Of a DNA stretch of 64,000 nt, positions 47,817-58,593 are shown piece after piece. A program made the translations under genes and the position numbers. The stretch spans positions 713,903-777,902 of the forward strand of contig KV454017.1 of the NCBI GenBank assembly GCA_001661245.1, written 5' to 3'. This stretch comes from Pachysolen tannophilus NRRL Y-2460 (Eukaryota). The notes beneath the pieces were generated by a model. The model made no database searches, was not told the origin of the DNA, and saw only the letters and a list, made by a program, of their open reading frames with translations. Within the stretch, counting starts at the first letter, position 1. Every line of letters starts with the position of its first letter.

Positions 47817-50066
47817 ATGATCTCAAGGAATTGTAGTAGATTGCTGTTAATTGCTCCTAGTTTTAATCATAATGTAAATGGGATCATTATAAAAAATAAT
47901 CGAGTGATTAATTCAGGATTCAAATTATTTAGTACTTTTCGTAAAGATTTATACTGCGGAGTGAATCAATCAATTAAACCATCATCAATTTTTTTCATTA
48001 AAAATAGTTTTACGAAAAAACTGTTTGGTGTTTATTCAAAAAGGTTTAATTCATCATTTTCAAATGAAGACAGTAATCAAAATGAAAATGAAAATGGAAA
48101 TGAATCAAAAAAATCAAAATCACTGGGAAATAAAAAATCTTCAAATTCATTTCAAGATATTTGGAAATTATTAAAATTAGTTCAACCAGAATCAAAATTA
48201 ATATCTATTGGATTAATTTCTTTAATAATTACAAGTGGGATAAGTATGATAGTGCCCTTTGTTATAGGGAAAGTTATAGATACAGTTAAAGATCCAATTG
48301 AAAATTCAACAGATGAAGTTAAAATTAATATTTTAAATTTTTCATTTACACAATTTGAATTTTATTCAATTTTAGGATCAATTTTCTTAATAGGAGCTTT
48401 TGCAAATTTTGGAAGAGTTTATTTTTTGAAAAAAGTTTCAGAAAAACTTGTATACAAATTAAGAACAACTATTATTAAAAAATTACTTTATCAAGATTTA
48501 AAATTTTGGGATTTCCATAAATCTGGTGATTTGATCTCTAGATTAGTAAATGATTCGACAGTAATTACAAAATCAATTACTCAAAATTTAAATGATGGAC
48601 TTAGAGGAATTATAAGTGGTATTGTTGGTGTAACAATGATGCTCTGTATAAGTGTTTCATTAACTGGTTATATGTTGATACTATTACCTCCAGTAATTCT
48701 TATTGGTTTAGTATTTGGAAGAAAAGTTAAAAATTTAAGTAGAGCTATTCAACAACAATTAGGTTATTTAACAAAAGTTTCAGAAGAACAATTTTCATTT
48801 GTTAGAACTATTCAATCATTTTGCAGAGAAAATTATGAAGTTAATAAATTTAATAAGGAATTGACCAAATTATATGACTTGGGAGTTAGAGAAGCTAGAT
48901 TAAGTGGTACTTTCCATTCAGCAACAGCATTGATGGGTAATTCTATCTTGGTAGTATTATTAGTTATTGGTACTGGTTTTGTAAGAGGAGGTGAATTGAC
49001 AATCGGTGAACTATCAAGTTTCATGATGTACACTGTTTATACAGGTTCATCTGTTTTCACCATGTCTTCTTTCTATTCAGAATTAATGAAAGGTGTTGGG
49101 GCTTCTACAAGAGTCTTTGAATTGCTAGATATGGAACCTTCTATTAAAGTGGACAATGGATTGAAAATCGTGAAAACAAACGAACTTTCCAAGTTATCAG
49201 AAAGTGAACGCAAAAATGTTGTTGCTATAGATGGTGATATTGAATTTAAAAATGTAAGTTTCCATTATCCATCAAGATCAAACCATCAAATTTTTGATAA
49301 TTTTTCTTTAAAAATTAAAAAAGGTGATCATATTTGTTTAGTTGGACAATCCGGGTGTGGGAAATCAACCTTAATCCAATTATTATTACGCCATTATGAT
49401 ATTCAAAAAGGTGAAATCCTTATAAATAATAATAATTTGAAAAATTTAAATTTGCAAACATTCAGAAACAAAATTGGTATTGTTCAACAAGAGCCAATGC
49501 TTTTCTCTGGAACTATAAGAGAAAATTTGTTATATAGTAATCCTACCGCTACTGAAGAAGAAATCATTCGTGCTTGCAAATTATCAAACTGTTACGATTT
49601 CATAATGTCATTCCCAGATAACTTCGATACCGTGATTGGTTCCAAAGGTACCCAATTGTCAGGTGGACAAAAACAACGTATTGCGCTTGCAAGGGTATTA
49701 TTATTAGATCCTGAAATCTTGATATTGGATGAAGCTACTTCTGCTTTGGATAATAACTCAGAACTATCCATTAATGACACTTTGAAGTTACTCAAGGATA
49801 AGACAACAATTAGTGTTGCTCATAGATTAAGTACAATTAAAATGAGTGATAAGATTGCTGTTTTTGGTAAAAGAGAAGGCTCTCGTGCTAATGAAATTTT
49901 GGAAGTTGGCGATTTCGAAGCTTTGTACAATGATAAGAACAGTGAGTTGTTCAAATTGCTAAAAAGAAGTAAAGAAGGCGATAATCTGGAAGTTGAGTTG
50001 GAAAGTAAGGATGAAGAGCAAGTTGAAAAAGACGAAGAGATATTGGCTGAGGAACCAAGAAAATGA
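47817..50066 (+). CDS. MDL1: Mitochondrial inner-membrane ABC half-transporter (Mdl1/Mdl2 family)
   Basis: Presequence, GDLISRL, ITQNLNDGLR, SSFYSELMKGVGASTRVFEL, GQSGCGKS, LSGGQKQR. MDL1 versus MDL2 not resolved. Confidence 0.8.
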   Translation: MISRNCSRLLLIAPSFNHNVNGIIIKNNRVINSGFKLFSTFRKDLYCGVNQSIKPSSIFFIKNSFTKKLFGVYSKRFNSSFSNEDSNQNENENGNESKKSKSLGNKKSSNSFQDIWKLLKLVQPESKLISIGLISLIITSGISMIVPFVIGKVIDTVKDPIENSTDEVKINILNFSFTQFEFYSILGSIFLIGAFANFGRVYFLKKVSEKLVYKLRTTIIKKLLYQDLKFWDFHKSGDLISRLVNDSTVITKSITQNLNDGLRGIISGIVGVTMMLCISVSLTGYMLILLPPVILIGLVFGRKVKNLSRAIQQQLGYLTKVSEEQFSFVRTIQSFCRENYEVNKFNKELTKLYDLGVREARLSGTFHSATALMGNSILVVLLVIGTGFVRGGELTIGELSSFMMYTVYTGSSVFTMSSFYSELMKGVGASTRVFELLDMEPSIKVDNGLKIVKTNELSKLSESERKNVVAIDGDIEFKNVSFHYPSRSNHQIFDNFSLKIKKGDHICLVGQSGCGKSTLIQLLLRHYDIQKGEILINNNNLKNLNLQTFRNKIGIVQQEPMLFSGTIRENLLYSNPTATEEEIIRACKLSNCYDFIMSFPDNFDTVIGSKGTQLSGGQKQRIALARVLLLDPEILILDEATSALDNNSELSINDTLKLLKDKTTISVAHRLSTIKMSDKIAVFGKREGSRANEILEVGDFEALYNDKNSELFKLLKRSKEGDNLEVELESKDEEQVEKDEEILAEEPRK

Positions 50067-50480
50067 TTATTTTTTTTTTTTTAATTTCATCCAAAAAGAA
50101 GAAAAAAAAAAAAAAGGAAGCAACGTAAAATTGAAAGCATACTACTCAAAGTATAGTCTCTTTGACAACTTTAGAACTCTTAGATCAAAGGCAGAAAAGA
50201 AAAATAGCTTTGCTAAAGAACGCAGATATGCATTATTGTATAAAGTTAATGAATTAAAGCTTATTGTTATGAAATTTCCTCTTTAGGAAACATGTTAATA
50301 GAATCTTGCATAAAAGCGAACTCCGTAGTTTAGGCCTTATATAAATATAAGATAGATAAAGGGCATCACATTATTCTTAATCACCTTGACTAATTGAATT
50401 AAGAGACTATAGCTAATAGTAGATTTTAGTTGTCCCGGTAATTAATAGTATTATCTATCTAATTTTGTCTTAGGAGAAAA

Positions 50481-51725
50481 ATGGATTTCACTTCAGGTGT
50501 GTCTACTTTTCAGAGACCATTACCTCAACTTCGTCACAAGAGAAGTATGAACATGAACAACAATGGCCAGTTTTACAATCAGAGTAGTAGCAATAGTAAT
50601 AGTAATAGCAATAGCCACAATCATAATAACGGTGGACCTATAAATGTCAAGAAAACTTTTCATAACAATATTAAACATAATAAGTATAATAAAAAAACTG
50701 ATCAATCAGATAAAACAATTGATACCAAGAAAGAAAAGCATTCTATAATTACATTGGAAAAATTAGCTGCTTTGAAAAAATATGAACCACGCTTATATTG
50801 TTCAAAATCAGAATTGGATTATGTTATTCTGGTAATATCTCCAAATCATCTTAGTACGCAAGATGAAAACGTGACTAATTTCCCCAAATTACCAATATTT
50901 GAGAATTCACAACCGTTTAGATCAATTCAACCTTTATTGTCAACTTATACAGATACTTCTAAGGCATTAGAAGATGATATGTTGATTAATGAAGTTAAAA
51001 AAGACTTTAACTCAGATTTTCAAGATCCATGTTATGCGTTCATTAGCAGAAATATAGAAAAGAGCTTGAATGGAAATGAAGATTTTCATTTGGCTTTAGA
51101 TAATGATGGAACCCCAATATTATCACCAGAAGAATTTAAGACTGCAATTTTTGAAAATATGAATCGCCCAATTCCATCTTCTGTACCTGAAACATCATCT
51201 TTGAAAAATTTAAATAAGAAAAGATCAATAGTGCAATTAAAAGCAGACGATGAAACTGAAGCTCAATCTTCACATCAGCATAAGAGACACAAATATGAAA
51301 TACCATTAGAAAATTCTCGTACAATTTCAGCAAAAGAAGTCTTGAGAATGGTTGACTCATCATTGATATCATCAGATATGGATTTCAGTGGAACAAGTAA
51401 TACAACAACTGAGAATACTACTTCTGATACACCACTGAAGAAATTATCGGCACTCAGTAGTAGTAATGACGGAAATCGGTCATTTTTAAGTAATTTGACT
51501 GATACACCGATCAAGTCAATGTCAATGACTGATTTACTTGTATCAACGCCGCTGAATTTAAACTATTCTGATATTCCACAGAGCAAAGTTTCCGATGCTA
51601 ATGAGTTTTGGAAGAATAGGGCAAGCACCCCAGAAAGTGATAAATTTATCAGCAGAAGAGATAGCTTGGGTTTAATGAATTTAGTTTTGAACAATAACTA
51701 TAAAATAAACTTGAACAAAAAATAG
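50481..51725 (+). CDS. Hypothetical protein, 414 aa, N/S/T-rich
   Basis: Long ATG-initiated ORF in a gene-sized gap. No family recognised. Confidence 0.7.
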   Translation: MDFTSGVSTFQRPLPQLRHKRSMNMNNNGQFYNQSSSNSNSNSNSHNHNNGGPINVKKTFHNNIKHNKYNKKTDQSDKTIDTKKEKHSIITLEKLAALKKYEPRLYCSKSELDYVILVISPNHLSTQDENVTNFPKLPIFENSQPFRSIQPLLSTYTDTSKALEDDMLINEVKKDFNSDFQDPCYAFISRNIEKSLNGNEDFHLALDNDGTPILSPEEFKTAIFENMNRPIPSSVPETSSLKNLNKKRSIVQLKADDETEAQSSHQHKRHKYEIPLENSRTISAKEVLRMVDSSLISSDMDFSGTSNTTTENTTSDTPLKKLSALSSSNDGNRSFLSNLTDTPIKSMSMTDLLVSTPLNLNYSDIPQSKVSDANEFWKNRASTPESDKFISRRDSLGLMNLVLNNNYKINLNKK

Positions 51726-51939
51726 TTAATAGTTAATTTTAAAAATTCAAACAAAGAGACACTATTAATTCAACTAACTAATGAGATACTAAATGATTTG
51801 TAACGTTCACTTTATTCCTTTTAATTATGTTTTTTTTTTTATTATTTTTTACCCTCTATATATCATATACAATATATTAGTTTTAAATGAATCCTAACTA
51901 CAAACAAACTACTAGTAATGCACTAAGCACACACCAAGT

Positions 51940-52527
51940 TCAAGAACGATCGTCAAAGCCATCACCATCATCATCTTGATCAGTATTATCACCCGATACA
52001 TTGTTATTGCTACTTTTGCTATCTGGAAGTTTCTTTTTCTTTTGCTTTTTACCGTTATTACTGTCTGCATTATCCTCACTGTTTTTCCTCTTTGGTCTAC
52101 CAGCACCCTGTCCATATTCTTCTGCAAGTACTTTAGCGTCATCATATTTAAAATCTGTCTGCTTTCTAGCATCAACAATAATTTTCTGTAATTTCAATAA
52201 TTCATTAGCTCTAGATAACTTGAGGGGATCGTTTCTTAGCACAAACAACAAATCTTCCACTTTTACCCTGTTATGTGTTGGTAAATTGGACCCTCCTTGG
52301 GAATATTTACTAGATTTAGAAACATTACTTGGATGTTTATTTGTATATTCTAACGTTTTAGTACAAATATCCACTAGATAATTTATCAATATATCTTCCA
52401 ATACCAGTATTGTCTGTGGATCCGAATGATTCACATCTCCATGTGCAAATAAAAGACTAGATAACTCATTGGTGAAAACTTTAGATTGCTTCTTCGATGA
52501 TAGTTTCTTCTGTAAATAATATGACAT
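51940..52527 (-). CDS. TAF13: TFIID subunit 13
   Basis: Histone-fold motifs FTNELSSLLFAHGDV, LEDILINYLVDIC, KVEDLLFVLRNDPLKLSRANELL. Confidence 0.9.
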   Translation of the reverse strand: MSYYLQKKLSSKKQSKVFTNELSSLLFAHGDVNHSDPQTILVLEDILINYLVDICTKTLEYTNKHPSNVSKSSKYSQGGSNLPTHNRVKVEDLLFVLRNDPLKLSRANELLKLQKIIVDARKQTDFKYDDAKVLAEEYGQGAGRPKRKNSEDNADSNNGKKQKKKKLPDSKSSNNNVSGDNTDQDDDGDGFDDRS

Positions 52528-52678
52528 TTTCCAACTTCAATTAAAACCACATTTTAATATTATAATGTTAAATTGTATTATTATTTATTATTCAATTAGG
52601 TTTACATTTTAAATGGTACAAAATTTTGATATTTAGATGACTACTTTTGTATTTAACAATTTAACTATTTATACAAAT

Positions 52679-54448
52679 CTAAGATGAAGTTATTTCTAAA
52701 CTCTGGGACGAGCATGGTTTGCCCTCATTGATGGCTGTTTGAAGTTTCTTTTCATAGTAGTTGGCACCATCAATTTTTTCGCTCTTCATGTTTTTTAAGC
52801 AATCTCTCAAGATGCCAACTTGTTGGCCAATATCACCCATTTTATCGAGAACGACTCCATTACCAACGACGAAACCATAGATGGAGTATTTCAATCCAAC
52901 TTCTTCACAAAACTTGATGACCAAAGGTTGGACTTTTCTAAAATTATGTCTTGGTAGTCTAGGGAACAAATGGTGAATGGCTTGGAATTGTAAGCCACCA
53001 TGGAAATAATCAAACCATTCTGGACAATCTACATCCATAGTTGTTCTAATTTGTCTTGAAACAAAAGATTCAGAAGTTCCTAAATCTGATGTTGACATTG
53101 CAAAATGGGATAATGTAATTTGAACATGAACTAGCATTGTTGTTACATGAGAGATCATAAGATAAATTAAACGATCTTGCCAATTAGTTAAAGTTTTGGT
53201 CATTATTAAATAACAAAACCAATAACTGAAAAATACCAATCCTAATAATTCAAAATATCGAAACCATGCAGCTTTACCTTTTCTAGGACCTAAACCTAAA
53301 ATCAAATGTTCCATTGATAATCTATATAAATTGAATCTTCCAAATGCTAGTATCAAATAATATGTATATCTTTGAACTCTAACCAAAATTTTGGCAGCTT
53401 TATCAAACCATAATCTTTTCTTATAATAAGTTGAATATACATTCCCCATTAATCTAGAGCTTACTGCAAAAAATGGAAGATGTTGAATATCTGGATCATG
53501 TACAGGATCATTTGGAATCAAATGATGTACATTATGGTTTCTTTTCCACCAACCTAAGGATAATCCTCCAAAAAATGAAGCAATAAGCATTCCAATAACG
53601 TTATCAATGGTATAGTTATGAGTTATTGATATATGACCAGCATCATGAACACTAAATACAGCTTGTTGCCATGCACATCCAAGACAAAAAGCTGAAAGTT
53701 TAAAATATTTCAATTTTAAAAAAATTAAACACCATAAAAATAATGATCCAATACGGCAAAATTCTTTAAAATACTCAATATAAGGACATTTATAAAAACC
53801 TTGTGAAATAATATTTTCATGAAGTAAATTATATTTATGTGAAAGATAACGTTGAGTCTTATAATCCAATGAAGGTATTGATAATAAATCTAATTTAACC
53901 AAATTATTATCATAATTTTCAATTATAAGTTTAGGATCTCTAATACTAGTTGGATTTTCACTTGTAAATAAATTTGGTTTATCTAAAGATAAAATTTCAC
54001 CTTGCGGTATTCTTGGTGTAATTAAAAATTCCAGAGTACCAACTGGTTTCATAGAAACATCTTTATTTGTCAAATTTTCATCAAGACCATCAATTTTCTT
54101 ATAAATACCACCTTGAATTGGTGGAAGCATATTTTCCCATTTATAATCTATTCTACCAATAGCATATTTCTTAAAAGTCACAACAGTTTCATCACAATGA
54201 TATGCATTCATCTCATCACTAGCATCTCTTCCAATCATATGGAAAATTGCAAGATCACCTCCCGGGTGCTTCAGTAACCAACCATTCAATTTCAAGACAT
54301 ATTGTTCATAAATTACAATTGCATATCCAATTGCTATAAGATGTTCTATTTGCCTTGGTGATAATACATCATTCTTGTTTCCCACAATACTAACCTTATT
54401 TTTTTTCTTAGGTATTGTTGTTGTTGTTACAACGGGAAAGGCTACCAT
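52679..54448 (-). CDS. SLD1: Sphingolipid delta-8 desaturase (cytochrome b5 fusion)
   Basis: HPGG heme motif and His boxes HDAGH, HNVHH, QAIHHLFP. Confidence 0.9.
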   Translation of the reverse strand: MVAFPVVTTTTIPKKKNKVSIVGNKNDVLSPRQIEHLIAIGYAIVIYEQYVLKLNGWLLKHPGGDLAIFHMIGRDASDEMNAYHCDETVVTFKKYAIGRIDYKWENMLPPIQGGIYKKIDGLDENLTNKDVSMKPVGTLEFLITPRIPQGEILSLDKPNLFTSENPTSIRDPKLIIENYDNNLVKLDLLSIPSLDYKTQRYLSHKYNLLHENIISQGFYKCPYIEYFKEFCRIGSLFLWCLIFLKLKYFKLSAFCLGCAWQQAVFSVHDAGHISITHNYTIDNVIGMLIASFFGGLSLGWWKRNHNVHHLIPNDPVHDPDIQHLPFFAVSSRLMGNVYSTYYKKRLWFDKAAKILVRVQRYTYYLILAFGRFNLYRLSMEHLILGLGPRKGKAAWFRYFELLGLVFFSYWFCYLIMTKTLTNWQDRLIYLMISHVTTMLVHVQITLSHFAMSTSDLGTSESFVSRQIRTTMDVDCPEWFDYFHGGLQFQAIHHLFPRLPRHNFRKVQPLVIKFCEEVGLKYSIYGFVVGNGVVLDKMGDIGQQVGILRDCLKNMKSEKIDGANYYEKKLQTAINEGKPCSSQSLEITSS

Positions 54449-54585
54449 TTTTCAAATCACTTTTTCTTCTACCCAACCAACAAAAAAAAAAACAAAAAAA
54501 AAAAGTTAAATAAATAAATATACTATTAAATATATAAATTAAAAATTTGAATTAAAAACAGAACGATTTCACCTATATTTAATAC

Positions 54586-54601
54586 TTTTCGTATACGAAA
54601 A
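54586..54601. promoter_or_regulatory. Palindromic double SRE (Upc2/Ecm22-type TCGTATA)
   Basis: Perfect 16-bp palindrome TTTTCGTATACGAAAA about 140 bp upstream of the SLD1 ATG. Confidence 0.6.
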
Positions 54602-54887
54602 AAAAATAATTAATTAAAAAAAAAAGCATCGCATGTTTTAGATCAATTTAGGTATTACATTAAAAATGAACAAGTTAATTGACACGAATTTTCTTCATCT
54701 TTGGTTTTGATATTTATGATGGTGGTTCTTATAAAGAAAAGCTATAAATCTACAGATATTGTTTTTGTCAAAGAAAAAAAAAAAAAAAAAAATAATAAAC
54801 TATTTAGTCATTACAAAATGTGTTTTATAAAGAGAAGCCATCAATTGAAATTTCATGAAATGATTAATAACAAATTAAGAAATAGAT

Positions 54888-55619
54888 CTATGAAATAAAC
54901 CATAATACTATGATCATAAAAGTTATCAATCCAGCTAATATTAAAGCGTCTCTTTTTTTCCTTGTATTTATTCTTGTTATAACGTGATTTATTCCAGGTA
55001 TTTGAGATAATGAACTTGTAATTCTAATTCTTGCTGAATTTATTGCAGAGCTTTGATCTCTAAAAGATTCTCTTGTATTATAAGCATCAGATAATAATCT
55101 ATCTACTACTGAATTTGCACCTTCAACTTTTCTACGTTCATCATTTATATATTCATCTTCATTTAAATTTGTTGTTGAATTTAATTGATTAATACCACCT
55201 GAAATTGATGATGATGATTGTTGTTGTTGTTGTTGTTGTTTTTGATGTGATTCAATATCATTTCTAACACTAAATAATAAATTTAATCTATTTCTTTCTT
55301 GTTGGATTGATCCTCTTATTCTTCCAAATGAAATGTAATGATCATTTAAAACTTCTTTATGTCTTTGTAATTGTTGTAATTTCGATGCTGGTAGGGATAA
55401 ATCTTGTTCTCCAATTTTTGAAAGTAATTTTATTAAATCATCAGATTTTTTCAAAAATTTCTCAACACTTCGTTGTGCCAGCAATTCTTCTGCTGTTTCA
55501 GAAGATGATGTGGATTGTGCAAATGATGCATACCTATTCAATGCTGCTTCTGTTTTATTTTCTAATGAAAGAACTTGAGCTCTTGTTTGTTGAAAAGATG
55601 CTGTTGCCGGAGAAGACAT
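54888..55619 (-). CDS. GOS1: Golgi SNARE
   Basis: QLQRHKEVL, IQQERNRLNLL, IPGINHVITRINTRKKRDALIL and a C-terminal TM helix. Confidence 0.93.
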   Translation of the reverse strand: MSSPATASFQQTRAQVLSLENKTEAALNRYASFAQSTSSSETAEELLAQRSVEKFLKKSDDLIKLLSKIGEQDLSLPASKLQQLQRHKEVLNDHYISFGRIRGSIQQERNRLNLLFSVRNDIESHQKQQQQQQQSSSSISGGINQLNSTTNLNEDEYINDERRKVEGANSVVDRLLSDAYNTRESFRDQSSAINSARIRITSSLSQIPGINHVITRINTRKKRDALILAGLITFMIIVLWFIS

Positions 55620-56036
55620 TTAATTATTATTATCCAATTATATAATAATCCAATTCTTATAATAAAAATAAAAAAAAAAAAAAAAAAGAAAAAAACTAAA
55701 TACAATATATATATATATATATATATATCTTCTAATGGAAGCTAAGCTAATGATTAATCTATTATATATAAAGAATTAAATTTATTATTATTATTTATTA
55801 TATATTTATTATCTTCTTCTTCATTCAATCTCTTTTCAATTAAATTTACAATTAATTTTATAACACGACTTTTGATCTAAATAACTTTAAATTACAACAA
55901 CAACAACAAGAAAAGAAAATGAATATTATCAATGAATATTTATTTATATATAAAATTATATAATAGAATCTTATCTTCCAATTAGAAAGAACAAAATAAT
56001 GACTAAATTGTGAGATGAGGAAAAAAAAAATAAAAA

Positions 56037-56315
56037 NNNNNNNNNNNNNNNNNNNNNNNNNNNNNNNNNNNNNNNNNNNNNNNNNNNNNNNNNNNNNNNN
56101 NNNNNNNNNNNNNNNNNNNNNNNNNNNNNNNNNNNNNNNNNNNNNNNNNNNNNNNNNNNNNNNNNNNNNNNNNNNNNNNNNNNNNNNNNNNNNNNNNNNN
56201 NNNNNNNNNNNNNNNNNNNNNNNNNNNNNNNNNNNNNNNNNNNNNNNNNNNNNNNNNNNNNNNNNNNNNNNNNNNNNNNNNNNNNNNNNNNNNNNNNNNN
56301 NNNNNNNNNNNNNNN
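56037..56315. other. Assembly gap (279 N)
   Basis: Run of N flanked by poly-A tracts. Confidence 0.99.
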
Positions 56316-56534
56316 AAAAAAAAAAAAAAAAAAAAAAATAAAAAATAAATTATTATTATTGTAATAAATATATAAAATCAAAAATTCAAACTCGAATTCA
56401 AAATCACGAAAAGAACCAACATACTTTGCTTTTCTTTAATCTCTTTGTTCTCTTTTTCTTATTTTCTTGATTTTTTTTCTTTTTTTTTTTTTTATTTTTT
56501 TTATTTTTTTTTGATTATTAATTTCAATTTTTCT

Positions 56535-56535
<1 letters not shown>

Positions 56536-56574
<39 letters not shown>
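56536..56574. repeat. (TAA)13 microsatellite
   Basis: Read directly from the sequence. Confidence 0.9.
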
Positions 56575-56577
<3 letters not shown>

Positions 56578-56686
56578 CAAAATAAATTTAGTTTAGTTTT
56601 TTTTAAAATAAAAAAACAACAAAAACACACAAAAAGAAATGATTTTCATAAAAGGGGTTTCTTTTTTTTTTATTTTATTTTTAAAA

Positions 56687-57493
56687 CTATTCAAAGGCCA
56701 ATTGTTTTTTAATTTCAGCAATTGCTCTACCTGGGTTTAAACCTTTTGGACAAGTTCTTGAACAATTCATGATTGTATGACATCTATATAATGACATACT
56801 ATTTTGTAACATTTCTTTTCTAACTGCAGAAGCTTGATCTCTTGAATCGATTAACCATCTATAAGCTTGCATCAAGACAGCTGGACCTAAATATTGTTGT
56901 TGATTCCACCAATAAGAAGGACATGAAGTTGAACAACAAGCACATAAAATACATTCATATAAACCATCCAATTTTTTTCTATCTTCAATACTTTGTAAAT
57001 TTTCTTTACCATCTTCTGGTACAGAATCTCTTTGTAAATAAGGTTGAATTGATTTATATTGTTGATAAAAATGAGTTAAATCTGGAACTAAATCTCTAAC
57101 AACAAACATATGTGGAAGAGGATAAAGTTTTGTTTCCTTTGTTGTATCTTGATCAATTTTACATAAACAAGCCAAAGTATTTCTTCCACCAATATTCATA
57201 GCACATGAACCACAAATACCTTCACGACATGATCTTCTAAAAGTTAAAGTAGCATCTTGTTCATTTTTAATTTTTAAAATTGCATCTAAAACCATTGGAC
57301 CACATTTATTTAAATCAATTTGATATTCTTGCATCTTAGGTTTAACATCTGGTGTATCTGGATTCCAACGATAAATTTTAAAAGTTTTCAATTTTGGTTG
57401 TGTAGGTACCGGATGACTGGTAGCTAAACCGCGCTTAAAACAATTTTGAAAACTTGGTTTCGATAAAATCGAAACTAACTGTGACTTATACAT
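56687..57493 (-). CDS. SDH2: Succinate dehydrogenase iron-sulfur subunit
   Basis: [49 protein letters not shown]. Confidence 0.97.
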   Translation of the reverse strand: MYKSQLVSILSKPSFQNCFKRGLATSHPVPTQPKLKTFKIYRWNPDTPDVKPKMQEYQIDLNKCGPMVLDAILKIKNEQDATLTFRRSCREGICGSCAMNIGGRNTLACLCKIDQDTTKETKLYPLPHMFVVRDLVPDLTHFYQQYKSIQPYLQRDSVPEDGKENLQSIEDRKKLDGLYECILCACCSTSCPSYWWNQQQYLGPAVLMQAYRWLIDSRDQASAVRKEMLQNSMSLYRCHTIMNCSRTCPKGLNPGRAIAEIKKQLAFE

Positions 57494-58593
57494 GGTGATA
57501 AATATATTTTAAAAAGAATTTAAATTTAAATAATTAATCAATATTTTTTTTAAAATTTCTTCTCTTTTATAAAAAAATAAAATAAAATTAATAAATATAA
57601 AATATAATTAATTAATAATATAAAAATAATAATAATAATAATTATAATAATATTAAATGATTATTCATCTCTTTAACAATTGGATTGTAAATGGAAAGAA
57701 ACCCTTTCACAACAACGCATTCACTTACTCACTTTAACTCACTCACTCACACATTAAACTCAAACACAGAGACAAAAAGGACAAAGTAAAACTGGGAAAG
57801 GGCATAAAATTGTTTAAGTTTAAAAAAAAAAATTAACCATTTATGCGTAATTTTTATAGATTATAATTGTATTATAGTAGTAGTATTAATTACTTCTAAG
57901 TAAATTTATTAAAGGATCATGCCCTTTCTATTAAAGTTCGGCTTTCGGGGCATGATCATTTATCATTTATCGCATCCGATTCAATTTTTTGTCGTAATCA
58001 AGAAAAATGTAATTGGATGAAGTTAATTTGGTAAAAGCCGGAGAAAAATTAAAAAAAAAAATTTTTTTTTATTTTGTTATTTGGTATTTGATATTTATGC
58101 GTTGGCTGGGGTCACACTACAATCAATCGGTTTAAATTGGAGAGGTACACTACTTGACCAACGGAAGAAAATTGGTAAAACTAAAATTTTTTTTTTATTT
58201 TACTTTTTTGGTTCCGATTTTTTACGATAGAAATTCAAACAAAAATAACACCTCAAAAGAGAAGCAAAGAAAAAAAAAAAAGGAAAATTGTAGGTCGTGG
58301 ATGTATGACTCAAGAATTGTAAAACTTCCATTTTGGTTTTATGGGGGTTTCAGTACACGTCTTTTCTTTAGAGAATTTTGTAAATTCTCAAAGTAGTGTA
58401 GCGCTAACTCAAGTCGCCTAATTAGGAAAACAAATTTTTCAAATTTTTTATTTATTTCGTCGTGTGAATTGGATCAAACAAAATTTACAAAATTTATTAC
58501 CAATTTTTATTCTCTTAATTAATTTAACGTATATATATATATATATTTATATATATATTTATATATTAATTAAATTGACTATCAATCGGTATA

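Noticed and set aside
55971..56381. ORFs spanning the N run
   Set aside because: Artefacts of the assembly gap.
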